The notes: generated by a model not told the origin, from the letters alone. A stretch of 64,000 nucleotides of DNA from an uncultured bacterium (GCA_903858755.1 CAIOKC010000032.1:29930-93929); one strand, 5' to 3'; positions 26,588 to 36,032 are shown, counted from the first letter of the stretch. Made by a program: numbers and translations.

Positions 26588-27178
26588 ATGAACAACGGAG
26601 GCGGAGTCGAGCAGCGCGCGAGAAGCAAGATCTTTCGAGGAGCATTGAAGACCGCGATCCTTCAGGTCGCCGCCACGGTGGGGATACTCTCGCTTGCGGT
26701 CGTTGCTCCCAACACGCTCAAAGCAATCCCCCGCGAGACGCTGAATCTCGTTTTTAACAGACGAAAGAATTCCCGCAATGTGACCATATCGCGTCTTGTA
26801 AAAGAAGGTTTTCTTACTCGGGAACACCACAGAGGGACACGGGTGCTCCGAATCACGAGCAAGGGTCTGAGGTATCTTGAGCACGAGCGGCAAAAGCACG
26901 CGCTCAAAAGACCGGGGAAATGGGACAGGCACTGGCGTATCGTTGCTTTCGATATCGGAGAAAAGCGCAGGAAAACGCGCGACGCGCTTCGGCGGGAACT
27001 TCGCAGCGCTGGATTTTTCCGCTTGCAAGACAGCATGTGGGTCTACCCCTTCCCGTGCGAAGACTTTATTGCGCTGCTGAAAGCAGATCTCCGAGTGGGC
27101 AAGGATATCTTGTACGTCGTTGCGAGAGAGATCGAGAATGACGCGTTTCTTCAAAAACACTTCCGCCTGGTCGCATAG
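26588..27178 (+). CDS. PaaX-family transcriptional regulator-like protein
   Basis: 196 aa; C-terminal WDRHWRIVAFDIGEKRRKTRDALRRELRSAGFFRLQDSMWVYPFP matches the PaaX C-terminal domain pattern. Confidence 0.5.
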   Translation: MNNGGGVEQRARSKIFRGALKTAILQVAATVGILSLAVVAPNTLKAIPRETLNLVFNRRKNSRNVTISRLVKEGFLTREHHRGTRVLRITSKGLRYLEHERQKHALKRPGKWDRHWRIVAFDIGEKRRKTRDALRRELRSAGFFRLQDSMWVYPFPCEDFIALLKADLRVGKDILYVVAREIENDAFLQKHFRLVA

Positions 27179-27186
27179 AAGGTGGT

Positions 27187-27222
27187 ATTAACAAAAACGT
27201 CCGACCGGACGTTTTTGTTAAT
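27187..27222. repeat. Palindromic repeat family member P2
   Basis: attaacaaaaacgtccgaccggacgtttttgttaat; 16-bp arms, immediately after the PaaX-like stop. Confidence 0.7.
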
Positions 27223-27271
27223 GTCGGCGGAGGGCGCGTTCAAGGCACATCCCCCACCCGAGAAGAGGGTA

Positions 27272-27538
27272 TTACTTCGCAAGCGCGGCGATGCGCTTCG
27301 CGATGCGAGATTTCATGCGCGCAGCCGTGTTTTTCTTGATGGTACCGCCCTTCGCCGCCTTATCGAGCGCCTTGTGGAGAGCGGGAAGCAGTGCAGCCGC
27401 CTCTGCGGCGCTCTTTCCCTCGATCGACTTGCCGATATTCTTCATCGCGTCCTTCACCGCCTTCTTGCGGCGCGCATTAAAAACGCGCTTGCGGGATGCG
27501 ACGCGCTGTGCCTTTTTTGCGGAACGTGTCTTTGCCAT
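27272..27538 (-). CDS. rpsT: 30S ribosomal protein S20
   Basis: MAKTRSAKKAQRVASRKRVFNARRKKAVKDAMK... Confidence 0.9.
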   Translation of the reverse strand: MAKTRSAKKAQRVASRKRVFNARRKKAVKDAMKNIGKSIEGKSAAEAAALLPALHKALDKAAKGGTIKKNTAARMKSRIAKRIAALAK

Positions 27539-27690
27539 ATATATGTATATGACGTCTTCGCTCGCCTCTCAAGAAAGTGAACTTTCTTGATTTGGCTCGC
27601 TAGCCGCCATAACGCTGGGATACTACAGTACAAAAACGCCGGGCGCAATGCCGATTTCAGGACTTCGGCGGAGTAGCCTATACTTGCCGT

Positions 27691-28257
27691 ATGATAGGAC
27701 ACTTGAAGGGTGAGGTCTTCGCGGTTCGCGGAGGTTCCGTGATTCTCTCGGTACAGGGCGTCGGATATGCAATCGCGATAACGCGGGAGGCGCTCGAGGG
27801 TCTCAAGGTCGGCGCGGAAGCTGCTTTGTGGACGCACCTTGCGGTGCGAGAAGACGCGCTCGACCTCTACGGATTTGCAAACGAGGAAGAACTGCGGTTT
27901 TTTGAGCTTCTCCTCACGGTCCCCGGCATTGGTCCGAAATCCGCGCTCGCGGTGATCGATATCGCGTCTCTCGAGACGCTGCGCAACGCGGTCGCATCCG
28001 GCAACGCATCGTACCTGACCAACGTCTCCGGCATCGGCAAAAAGACGGCGGAAAAGATCGTACTCGAACTCCGCGACAAAGTCGGCGCCGTCGATGCGCG
28101 CGCTTCTCTCACCGGAGACGAAGAAGCCTTGCAGGCGATGCGCGCGCTTGGATACACCCAATCTGAGGCGCGCGAAGCGCTCCGCAAGGTGCCATCCGCC
28201 ATCGAGACATCGAGCGACCGGCTGCGCGAAGCGCTGCGAATTCTCGGATCCCGATGA
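27691..28257 (+). CDS. ruvA: Holliday junction DNA helicase RuvA
   Basis: MIGHLKGEVF...; OB domain, two HhH motifs (LLTVPGIGPKSALAVI; LTNVSGIGKKTAEKIVLEL), C-terminal domain III. Confidence 0.9.
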   Translation: MIGHLKGEVFAVRGGSVILSVQGVGYAIAITREALEGLKVGAEAALWTHLAVREDALDLYGFANEEELRFFELLLTVPGIGPKSALAVIDIASLETLRNAVASGNASYLTNVSGIGKKTAEKIVLELRDKVGAVDARASLTGDEEALQAMRALGYTQSEAREALRKVPSAIETSSDRLREALRILGSR

Positions 28258-29519
28258 GTATGCCCAAGATACGGACAGCGCTGCGTTCGCTCCTCCCCGC
28301 TCGGCTGATCTCCCTCTACCATCTTGCGTTCGCGTATGCCGGCGCGCTCCTCTATGGATTTCCTTCGAGGAAACTTCTCGTCATTGCGGTCACCGGCACC
28401 AAAGGAAAATCCTCCACGGTCGAATGCGCAAACGCCATCCTCGAAGCCGCCGGGTATCGGACGGCGCTCATCAATTCGATTCGCTTCAAGACCGCAGACA
28501 CGTCAGTACCCAATGCGCTCGGTCGCTCGACCCCTGGGCGTTTTTTCATACAAAGATTTCTCCGGGACGCGCTCAAAAAAGGGTGCACCGCGGCGATCCT
28601 TGAAATGACGTCGGAAGGCGCGCGACAGCATCGCCATCGCGCAATCGCATTTGATGCGCTCATCTTCACGAATCTTGCGCCCGAGCATATCGAATCGCAC
28701 GGGTCGCTCGAAGCATACAAGGACGCCAAATTCGAAATCGGCGCGGCGCTTGCGCGCTCCGCAAAGCGACCGCGCATCGTCGTCGCACATGCGGACGATG
28801 CGGAGAGCGCCCGCTATCTCGACCTCCCCGTAGAAAAGAAATCCGCCTTTTCACTCGATTCTGCCGCACCATACGAAGCCGGCGAGAAAGGAGGATTTTT
28901 CACACTCGAAGGGGCGCGGATACCGATCTGTCTGCCCGGAGAATTTTCTCTTAAAAACGCGCTCGCGGCGGCGGTGTGCGCGCGAGCGCTCGGCGTCGAT
29001 CTCTCCGCAATCGAGCGCGGTCTCGGGGCACTGCGCCGCATTCCCGGCCGTGCCGAATCGATCGACCTCGGGCAAGACTTCCTCGTCGTCGTCGACTATG
29101 CGCACACTCCCGAATCGCACGAAGCGCTCTACAAAGCATACGATTCGCGCAAGAAAATATGCGTCTTCGGCTCCGCAGGCGGCGGACGCGACACATGGAA
29201 AAGACCCGTGATAGGCACAATCGCGGAGAGATACTGCGCCCACACCATCCTCTGCGACGACGAAGTGTACGACGAAGACCCGGAGCGGATTATCGACGCC
29301 ATCGCATCGGGCATGTCGAAGCCGCCGGACATAATCCGCGATCGCCGCCGCGCGATACGCCGCGCGCTCGAGCTCGCAAAGAAGGGAGACGCGGTTTTGA
29401 TAACAGGCATGGGAGTCCACGGCATGATGATGCAGCCAGACGGGCGCACGGAAGAGTGGAGTGATGTCGACGTCGCACGTGAAGAACTCGGCAATCTCCT
29501 GAAGACAAGGGCGCTATAA
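28254..29519 (+). CDS. Mur ligase family protein (MurE/MurF-like UDP-N-acetylmuramoyl-peptide ligase)
   Basis: VIAVTGTKGKSST P-loop; Mur ligase middle and C-terminal domains; 421 aa, so it lacks the usual N-terminal domain. Confidence 0.7.
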   Translation: MSMPKIRTALRSLLPARLISLYHLAFAYAGALLYGFPSRKLLVIAVTGTKGKSSTVECANAILEAAGYRTALINSIRFKTADTSVPNALGRSTPGRFFIQRFLRDALKKGCTAAILEMTSEGARQHRHRAIAFDALIFTNLAPEHIESHGSLEAYKDAKFEIGAALARSAKRPRIVVAHADDAESARYLDLPVEKKSAFSLDSAAPYEAGEKGGFFTLEGARIPICLPGEFSLKNALAAAVCARALGVDLSAIERGLGALRRIPGRAESIDLGQDFLVVVDYAHTPESHEALYKAYDSRKKICVFGSAGGGRDTWKRPVIGTIAERYCAHTILCDDEVYDEDPERIIDAIASGMSKPPDIIRDRRRAIRRALELAKKGDAVLITGMGVHGMMMQPDGRTEEWSDVDVAREELGNLLKTRAL

Positions 29520-29526
29520 TGGAAGC

Positions 29527-30507
29527 ATGGTACGGCGCATTCTTCTGCTGTTGCTTCTCTTCATGGTGGCGGCGCTCGTCGTCTTGTGGCTGATCACAGG
29601 CGGGATATCTGCGATTGCACAGACGGCAAAAAACTTCGTAAATCCGATCAACATCTTCTCCGGAGGAGACGCTACCGGATCTTTCATCAGACTGCCGTGG
29701 CAAATCGACGCGCCGCGCGGACCGGATCTTTCGTCGATCGGCGGAGAAAGCGGAGAAAGCGGTCAGACACCGGAGGAGTACGCGACCGCATACGAGCAGC
29801 TCAGCGCGCGCGCTGCGGCGCTCCAAACATTTGGAGAGCCGTCGCCGTACGCGGGGAGCATCGCGATCAGCGGCAGTGCGGTGCGAGAAGGAGCCGCAGC
29901 GCACGAGTACGTCGAACTCCGCGCATCGGGCGGCACTCCGCTCACTATCACCGGATGGTCTCTCCAGAGCGCGGTCTCGGGACTTCGCATTTTTATCCCG
30001 CCCGCCGCGTCTCCCTTCACCCTGGGCGCACTGAATCCGTCGGAGCAGGTATCCATGCGCCCGGGCGAAACGGCAATCGTCGTCTCCGGTCCTTCTCCGC
30101 TCGGAGTATCCTTCAAAGAAAACGCGTGCAGCGGATATCTCAGCGAATTGCGATCGTTTACGCCGGAGCTTTCGAGCGCGTGCCCCGCTCCGTCCGATCT
30201 ACTGATCGAGACGCCCGATAGTCTCCGCATCTACGGAAGCTCGTGCTTCGATTACGTGCAAACGATCCCGCAGTGCCACTTCCCCGGCACCGCGTACCCA
30301 GCAAACATCTCCGCGCCATGCCGCACACTGCTCGCCAACACGCTCTCATACAACGGGTGCGTGCAGGCACATCGGTACGACTCTTCTTTCGAGCGTTCGA
30401 CCTGGCGCATCTACCTCAACTCCCGCGCTACTCTCTGGGACGACGCGCACGACATCATACGGCTCATGGACGCCGAGGGGCGGACCGTCGACGTGTATAC
30501 GTACTAA
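29527..30507 (+). CDS. Secreted protein with lamin-tail-like domain
   Basis: N-terminal TM; HEYVELRASGGTPLTITGWSLQSAVSG resembles the LTD fold signature. Confidence 0.45.
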   Translation: MVRRILLLLLLFMVAALVVLWLITGGISAIAQTAKNFVNPINIFSGGDATGSFIRLPWQIDAPRGPDLSSIGGESGESGQTPEEYATAYEQLSARAAALQTFGEPSPYAGSIAISGSAVREGAAAHEYVELRASGGTPLTITGWSLQSAVSGLRIFIPPAASPFTLGALNPSEQVSMRPGETAIVVSGPSPLGVSFKENACSGYLSELRSFTPELSSACPAPSDLLIETPDSLRIYGSSCFDYVQTIPQCHFPGTAYPANISAPCRTLLANTLSYNGCVQAHRYDSSFERSTWRIYLNSRATLWDDAHDIIRLMDAEGRTVDVYTY

Positions 30508-30525
30508 TACGATATACTGTCTGGC

Positions 30526-30924
30526 ATGCTCTCTCTTTTCCCGCAGATTCTCTTTCTCTCTCCTCTCGCGGCGACCATCTTGCGCGTCGCTGCCGCGCTC
30601 GTCTTTTTCTCCGTCGCCTATGCGCACTACCGAAAACGACAGGAATTCGCATTCCTCGATTTCCCTTTCGTCGGACGCGGCGCGTGGATACCGATCTTCG
30701 CCGCGGGAGCGGAGCTCGCGATCGCCCTCGCGCTCAGCGCCGGAATCTATACGCAGCTCGCAGCGCTCTTCGGAGCAATCGGCGCTCTAAAATTCTTGGT
30801 GCTGAAGAAGCGGTACCCGGCGTTCGTCCCTATTTCCAAAACTGCGAGCGCGCTCCTCTTCGTCATCTGTATTTCGGTCGTGTTCACCGGCGCGGGAGCA
30901 TTTGCTTTCGATTTGCCGCTCTAG
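30526..30924 (+). CDS. DoxX-like small membrane protein
   Basis: 132 aa, 4 TM helices. Confidence 0.45.
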   Translation: MLSLFPQILFLSPLAATILRVAAALVFFSVAYAHYRKRQEFAFLDFPFVGRGAWIPIFAAGAELAIALALSAGIYTQLAALFGAIGALKFLVLKKRYPAFVPISKTASALLFVICISVVFTGAGAFAFDLPL

Positions 30925-30942
30925 TGGTATATTGCGCAAAAC

Positions 30943-31015
30943 CGCCCATAGCTCAGTCGGTAGAGCAGCTGCCTTTTAAGCAGTTTGTCGTAGGTTCGAT
31001 TCCTACTGGGCGGAC
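30943..31015 (+). tRNA. tRNA-Lys (anticodon TTT)
   Basis: ccgcccatagctcagtcggtagagcagctgcctTTTaagcagtttgtcgtaggttcgattcctactgggcgga. Confidence 0.9.
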
Positions 31016-32431
31016 GAGATACAAAAACAGCACCAACGTGCTGTTTTTGTTTACTCGTCCGGGTCGGAGCGCGACGGCGCGAGACGTGCCCAGGCAAATT
31101 TTCAGCAGAAAATTATGCGTGGGGACAAAGTAAATAGACCGATTCACCACCTCGTACCCCGTCACGTGAGAGCCGTCGGGCGCATCGCACGAAATCGAAA
31201 ATGTCGTCGCGCCCGTGATGGGGACGGTCGCGGCGCCGCCCGAGAGCGTGTTGTGCTTGAAGCTTCCGTCGGGCGAGATCTCGGTGCAGTTCGACACGCC
31301 CTGAGTGTTCCAGAAAATCGTCGTGCGTGCGCCGAGCGGGACAGCAGCGGGCACCGCCCAGATGTCTACCTTGGGCGGAATCGCGGGTGCCGTCGCGACG
31401 GGAGCGGGCGCTTCCGGAGCCGCGCTCGTCGCGGGCTTCGCGGTATTCGCCTTGATCAGCGTCTGCTGAAGCGAGGGCGACTGCTGCACGGGCTCCGGCA
31501 TGCCCACCTGGTAGCCGCGCGACGTGCACAGACCGTCGAAAAAGGTCGGCGGAATAACAAGCGACAGGAAATTCTTCGTCCACGGGCGCGATTGGCACCA
31601 CTGCCCGATCAGACCCTGCGGCTGTCCCATGGTGCCAGCGCCATAGAATCCCGCGGTCTCGGTATTCTGCTGCTCGCTTCGTGAGCCTGCGACGAGCGTC
31701 GCTCCCCCGGTGAGCAACTTGAAATCGCCGAAGACTCCCGGCAAGCCCGGAGTGAGACCGACCGAGCCCTGCGGGACGGGGAGGGTCGACGTCGTCGCGA
31801 GGATCGACGCAGAAAGAGAGGCGCCTTCGTCTGTATTGGTATTGGTATTCGTGTTGACGTTGTCGAGCAAGGTCGCGCTCAGGTCGGCGCCGGAAGAATC
31901 TCCCCCGAGCGCGTCGAGAAGCGCGCCGGATCCACCCACGGTCGACGCGGAGCCAGCCGGCACGTAGGTCGCGCACGGATTTCCCTGAAGCAGAGCGACA
32001 TCGCTCACCTGCACATACTGCGTGCAGGTGGTCGAGGTAGTGGGCGGCGGTGTCGCAGGCGCGCCCCCTCCTCCCCCGCCCGGCGGCTTGCCCTGCATGA
32101 GTTTGCCCATCAGATCGCCGAGTATTTTTGCGACTTGATCCAGTCCGAGCCCTTTTCCGTCTCCGGTGATGCCCTTACAAATTCCAGGAGCCACACACTT
32201 TCCTGCTGTTACTTTCCCGTTCGTGGTATCTTGACAGTCCACAAGCGGACAGAATTTTGGTGACTGCGGATCCAGAACACACGGGCAAGGCGCCTGTCCA
32301 ACTGCATGCGCAGCCGACGGCCCAGTGAGAAGAAAGAAGAGCCCAATGAATAGTCCGATAATTAACGTCCTGACTTGAGACCCTGAAACACTAAGATTGT
32401 TCATAATTCCCAATAAATCAAATAGTATCAC
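30953..32431 (-). CDS. Secreted Gly/Thr-rich protein (paralogous architecture to 24281-26341); 3' end uncertain
   Basis: 492-aa ORF with signal peptide, Cys-rich N-terminal module, G6 tract and NTNTNTNT repeat. The ORF has no stop until it has crossed the tRNA-Lys gene and its terminator on the opposite strand, so the true end may be earlier or there may be a frameshift. Confidence 0.45.
   Translation of the reverse strand: MILFDLLGIMNNLSVSGSQVRTLIIGLFIGLFFLLTGPSAAHAVGQAPCPCVLDPQSPKFCPLVDCQDTTNGKVTAGKCVAPGICKGITGDGKGLGLDQVAKILGDLMGKLMQGKPPGGGGGGAPATPPPTTSTTCTQYVQVSDVALLQGNPCATYVPAGSASTVGGSGALLDALGGDSSGADLSATLLDNVNTNTNTNTDEGASLSASILATTSTLPVPQGSVGLTPGLPGVFGDFKLLTGGATLVAGSRSEQQNTETAGFYGAGTMGQPQGLIGQWCQSRPWTKNFLSLVIPPTFFDGLCTSRGYQVGMPEPVQQSPSLQQTLIKANTAKPATSAAPEAPAPVATAPAIPPKVDIWAVPAAVPLGARTTIFWNTQGVSNCTEISPDGSFKHNTLSGGAATVPITGATTFSISCDAPDGSHVTGYEVVNRSIYFVPTHNFLLKICLGTSRAVALRPGRVNKNSTLVLFLYLVRPVGIEPTTNCLKGSCSTD
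31021..31047 (+). terminator. Intrinsic terminator after tRNA-Lys
   Basis: aaaaacagcaccaacgtgctgtttttg: 6-bp stem cagcac/gtgctg, then T5. Confidence 0.5.
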
Positions 32432-33069
32432 ACCCCCGAGAGCGCAAAACGCTCCAGCGCATATTCCAAATCCTCACCCCTCCGGCGCGCTTCGTGGGGC
32501 AAAGCGGCAAGCGCTGCGATGATCTTCTTCGCCCTCTCTCTCGTTTTCTCGTCCCGCGACTTTGTACACATGTCTTTGGCACCCCAGAAGAGTACGCCGT
32601 GCACGGCTTCCGGCGCTTTCCCGCCCATAAGCTCGCGCTGAAGACCGAGCCAAAGCGCCCGCCTATCTTGCGCGCGAAGCGCATTCGCGAGCGTGAAGAT
32701 GCTTGAATCCTTCCCCTTCGCGGGCGCGTCGAATTGTTGCACCTTCTCCGCATGCTTCTCGATGCGCTTCTTCGCATCGGCGTCGAGCTTGCCTTCCAGC
32801 ATGAAAAAAACATCGGGCGACGCCGCGACCGACGGCAATGCGGCGAGAAAAATGCCGCGCATTTCTTCATTCGCGAGAATGCCGTCGAATGCCGCTACTT
32901 GCCGCTGCCCGAACATGCCCGCGCCCCGAAGCGCGGCGCGCAAATCGCTCGCCGCGTTTGCATCAGTGATGCGCACGAGCTGCGCACCATCGCCTACAGC
33001 CTTCTCCACCTCGGCGCGCATCGCCGCACGCGCTTTTGCTCTGTCGGTACCGCCGTAGAAATGCAACAT
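32428..33069 (-). CDS. DNA polymerase III delta-subunit-like protein (putative HolA, short)
   Basis: 213 aa, MLHFYGGTDRAKARAAMRAEVEKA...; weak resemblance to the HolA N-terminal and middle domains; upstream of polA. Confidence 0.35.
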   Translation of the reverse strand: MLHFYGGTDRAKARAAMRAEVEKAVGDGAQLVRITDANAASDLRAALRGAGMFGQRQVAAFDGILANEEMRGIFLAALPSVAASPDVFFMLEGKLDADAKKRIEKHAEKVQQFDAPAKGKDSSIFTLANALRAQDRRALWLGLQRELMGGKAPEAVHGVLFWGAKDMCTKSRDEKTRERAKKIIAALAALPHEARRRGEDLEYALERFALSGV

Positions 33070-33107
33070 GCCATCTAGTATACGCCCGCTCGCGGCACGT
33101 GTCGCAT

Positions 33108-33143
33108 ATTAACAAACTCGTACGGTCGTACGAGTTTGTTAAT
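33108..33143. repeat. Palindromic repeat family member P3
   Basis: attaacaaactcgtacggtcgtacgagtttgttaat (the arms extend to gcatattaac...gttaatatgc, 33104-33147); between the holA-like gene and polA. Confidence 0.7.
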
Positions 33144-33160
33144 ATGCAGACAAACGACAC

Positions 33161-35578
33161 TCAGCGGGCGAGCTTCTTCATGGCGCCCCAATTTTTGCCG
33201 AGCGATGCCTCCGCAACGACAGGGACGCCGGAGAGCGCTCCGGTCGGGGCTGCGGATTCCATCACCTTCCGTATTTTCTCCGCCGCTTCTTCTGCGACAT
33301 CTTCGTCGAGCTCGTAGACGAGCTCGTCGTGCACCTGCATGATGAGCTTCACCTTCTCCCGCCACCCCGCCTGCTCGATGAGCGCATCCGCCTCGACCAT
33401 CGCGAGCTTGATGATGTCGGATTGCGTCCCCTGTATGGGCGCGTTGATCGCCATGCGCTCCGCCTGCGCGCGCAGACCGTCCATCGAGGACTTGAGCGCC
33501 GGGAAGTAGCGGCGTCTTCCGAAGAGCGTCTCGGTGTACCCTTTGTTCGCTGCGTCCGCCTTCGTATGCTCGATGTAGCGCGAAAGCCCGGAAAAGTTCT
33601 TGAAATACTCAGAAAGAAATTTCGCGGCGTCCTCGCGGGAGACGCCTTCTCCGAGATTCGCGCGGAGCGCATTCACGCCCATGCCATAGAGGATGCCGAA
33701 ATTGATCACTTTCGCGCGACGCCGCATTTCGTAGTCCACATGCTCGGGCGGCACATTGAATACTTCGGCAGCGACCGCCGTATGAATGTCGCCGCCTTTT
33801 TTAAATACCTCGACGAGTTTCTCGTCGCCGGAGAGACCCGCCGCGATGCGGAGCTCTATCTGCGAGTAGTCGATGGCGCAGAGGATCTTCCCCGGAGGCG
33901 CCGCAAACGCTTCGCGAATGCGGCGCCCGTATTCCGTCTTGATGGGTATATTCTGCAAGTTCGGATTCTGGCACCCCATGCGCCCCGTCACGGTGCCTGT
34001 CTGCAAAAACTCCGCATGCAGCCGCCCGTCCTTTGCGATAAGCCCGGGCATTTTCTCGATGTATGTGGAGAGCAATTTCTGCAATTCCCGATACGCGAGA
34101 ATGTCGGCGATGATCGGGTGCATCTCCGAGAGCTTCTCGAGCTCGCTTTCTTTTGTCGTGCGCGCGCCGGTCGGCGTTTTCTTCTGCTTCAGGGGCACGA
34201 TCTTGAGCTCATCGTACAAGACGGTCGCAAGCTGCTTCGGCGAATTGATATTGAATTCGCGCCCCGCATGCGCGTATATCCTCCCCGCGAGACTCCCGAG
34301 CTCCTTCCCGTACTCGCGCGCCAGCTCCGCAAGATGCGGCGCATCGACGTAGACGCCAGCCGCATTCATGCGCTCGACTACCGGCATGAGCGGGCGCTCG
34401 ATCTTTTCGTACACCTCATGCAGCCTTCCCGTCTTCCTCAGCTCTGCAAAGATGTATTCGCGCGCCGAGTCGAAATCGCTCGTCTTCGCGTACGCGAGAA
34501 TATCCTCGAGTGTCGGCGTCGTCGTGTCTGAGTGCAAAAGCCAGAGCGCGAGCGCAGCTTCGCCGAACAAGCGGGGGTCGACCTCGGGATGCGATGCCAC
34601 ACTCGCTGCCGGCTCTTTCGAAAAAGCTCTGCGGAGGCGCTCCTTGAGCGCCCTGAATTCAAGCTCGTCGTAGAGCACGGAAATGCTTTCTACGTGCTCG
34701 CCAAGCTGCCAGCGCTCTTTCGGCAACTCAAACTCGATCGGGGCGTCCGTATGAATGGTCGCGAGCGTCTTCGAGAGCGCGGCGTCTTTTTTCCCGGCTC
34801 GAAGCAATTCGACGACGCGCGGCTTCACTTTTTGCGCGAACGACGCCGGATCTTTTTCGAGCGCCCGGTAGATGTCTTCGACCGAACCGAACTCCTTGAT
34901 AAGCTCGGTCGCCGTCTTCTCTCCGATGCCCCGTATGCCGGGGATGTTGTCCGACGGATCGCCGCGAAGACCTTTGTAATCGACGACGCGGTCGGGATCG
35001 AATCCATACCGCTCGCGCACCGCGTCTTCGTCGTAGAGGACGGTATCGTTGATGCCTTTGCGGAGAGTGTAGACACAGACGTTCGGGCTCACGAGCTGAA
35101 GAGTGTCCATGTCCCCCGTCGCGATGATGAGCGCAAGATCCTTACGATCGCCAAGCTTCCTCACGATGGTGCCGATGATGTCGTCGGCTTCGTATCCTGC
35201 CTGCTGGTAGACAGGAATACCGAATGCCTCGAAGACGCGCGGCGCGCGTTCAAGCTGAGCGACAAGTTCGTCTTCCGCCTTCGCGCGAGTCCCTTTGTAC
35301 GCCTCAAAAAGCCCGTGGCGGTGCGTGTCGCCCGGCATGTCGCGCGCCGCGATGATGTAATCGGGCTCGATCTCGTCGACCGCTTTCAGGAGCATGGTCG
35401 AGAGACCGTAGAGCGCGCCCGTGGGCTCGCCCTTGCTCGACGAAAAATCCGGAAGCGCGTGGTACGCGCGATGCAAAATCGCGTGCGAATCGAGGATGAG
35501 TACCCGCAGTGCCTTTTCAGTTTCCCTCTGTGCTTTTTGCTTCGCCATTGGCAGTGATGATACGCCCCTCTCCGACAA
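33161..35578 (-). CDS. polA: DNA polymerase I
   Basis: 805 aa: 5'-3' exonuclease domain, then polymerase motifs A (IMQVHDELVYE-like region), B (RRRAKVINFGILYGMG) and C. The likely start is MAKQKAQ at about 35548. Confidence 0.9.
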   Translation of the reverse strand: MSERGVSSLPMAKQKAQRETEKALRVLILDSHAILHRAYHALPDFSSSKGEPTGALYGLSTMLLKAVDEIEPDYIIAARDMPGDTHRHGLFEAYKGTRAKAEDELVAQLERAPRVFEAFGIPVYQQAGYEADDIIGTIVRKLGDRKDLALIIATGDMDTLQLVSPNVCVYTLRKGINDTVLYDEDAVRERYGFDPDRVVDYKGLRGDPSDNIPGIRGIGEKTATELIKEFGSVEDIYRALEKDPASFAQKVKPRVVELLRAGKKDAALSKTLATIHTDAPIEFELPKERWQLGEHVESISVLYDELEFRALKERLRRAFSKEPAASVASHPEVDPRLFGEAALALWLLHSDTTTPTLEDILAYAKTSDFDSAREYIFAELRKTGRLHEVYEKIERPLMPVVERMNAAGVYVDAPHLAELAREYGKELGSLAGRIYAHAGREFNINSPKQLATVLYDELKIVPLKQKKTPTGARTTKESELEKLSEMHPIIADILAYRELQKLLSTYIEKMPGLIAKDGRLHAEFLQTGTVTGRMGCQNPNLQNIPIKTEYGRRIREAFAAPPGKILCAIDYSQIELRIAAGLSGDEKLVEVFKKGGDIHTAVAAEVFNVPPEHVDYEMRRRAKVINFGILYGMGVNALRANLGEGVSREDAAKFLSEYFKNFSGLSRYIEHTKADAANKGYTETLFGRRRYFPALKSSMDGLRAQAERMAINAPIQGTQSDIIKLAMVEADALIEQAGWREKVKLIMQVHDELVYELDEDVAEEAAEKIRKVMESAAPTGALSGVPVVAEASLGKNWGAMKKLAR

Positions 35579-35978
35579 TGTCGAACGTGAGGCGGATTGC
35601 GCTCTCGGGAATGCATTCTGGCACCCGCTCCGGCCACTCGAGAATGATCAGGTTTCCCGGCTCCGTCGCTAGCTCCCTCCATCCGATGGTCTGCAACTCA
35701 TGCGCACCTTGAAGCCGGTACGCATCGATATGGATAAGGTGCTCCCACTTCTGCCCCGTAAGCTTGTAGATCTTTTCTATGACGAACGTCGGGCTTGCAA
35801 CCACCTCCTCCACGCCAAGCGTCTTCGCGACCCCTTGCGCGAACGTCGTCTTCCCCGCTCCCAATTCGCCGGAGAGCGCGACGACGGTCGCCGAGGACAG
35901 CCGCGGGGTAAGCGCCGCGGCGAACGCCGCGGCGAACGCTACGAATTCTTTTTCACTGCCGACATGCTTCGTGTTCAC
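35517..35978 (-). CDS. tsaE: tRNA threonylcarbamoyladenosine biosynthesis protein TsaE
   Basis: LSGELGAGKTTFAQGVAKTLGV... P-loop and C-terminal WRELATEPGNLIILEWPE. The track ORF extends to 36044 but would overlap pilB; start is probably the internal GTG. Confidence 0.75.
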   Translation of the reverse strand: MNTKHVGSEKEFVAFAAAFAAALTPRLSSATVVALSGELGAGKTTFAQGVAKTLGVEEVVASPTFVIEKIYKLTGQKWEHLIHIDAYRLQGAHELQTIGWRELATEPGNLIILEWPERVPECIPESAIRLTFDIVGEGRIITANGEAKSTEGN

Positions 35979-36032
35979 CGACGCATTGTAGCATCGGCGG
36001 ATTCTGCGCTTTTTGTGCGATACAATTGAAAC

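Noticed and set aside
26492-27160. Minus-strand 222-aa ORF opposite the PaaX-like gene
   Set aside because: The plus-strand ORF carries the recognisable PaaX C-terminal motif; the minus ORF has no features.
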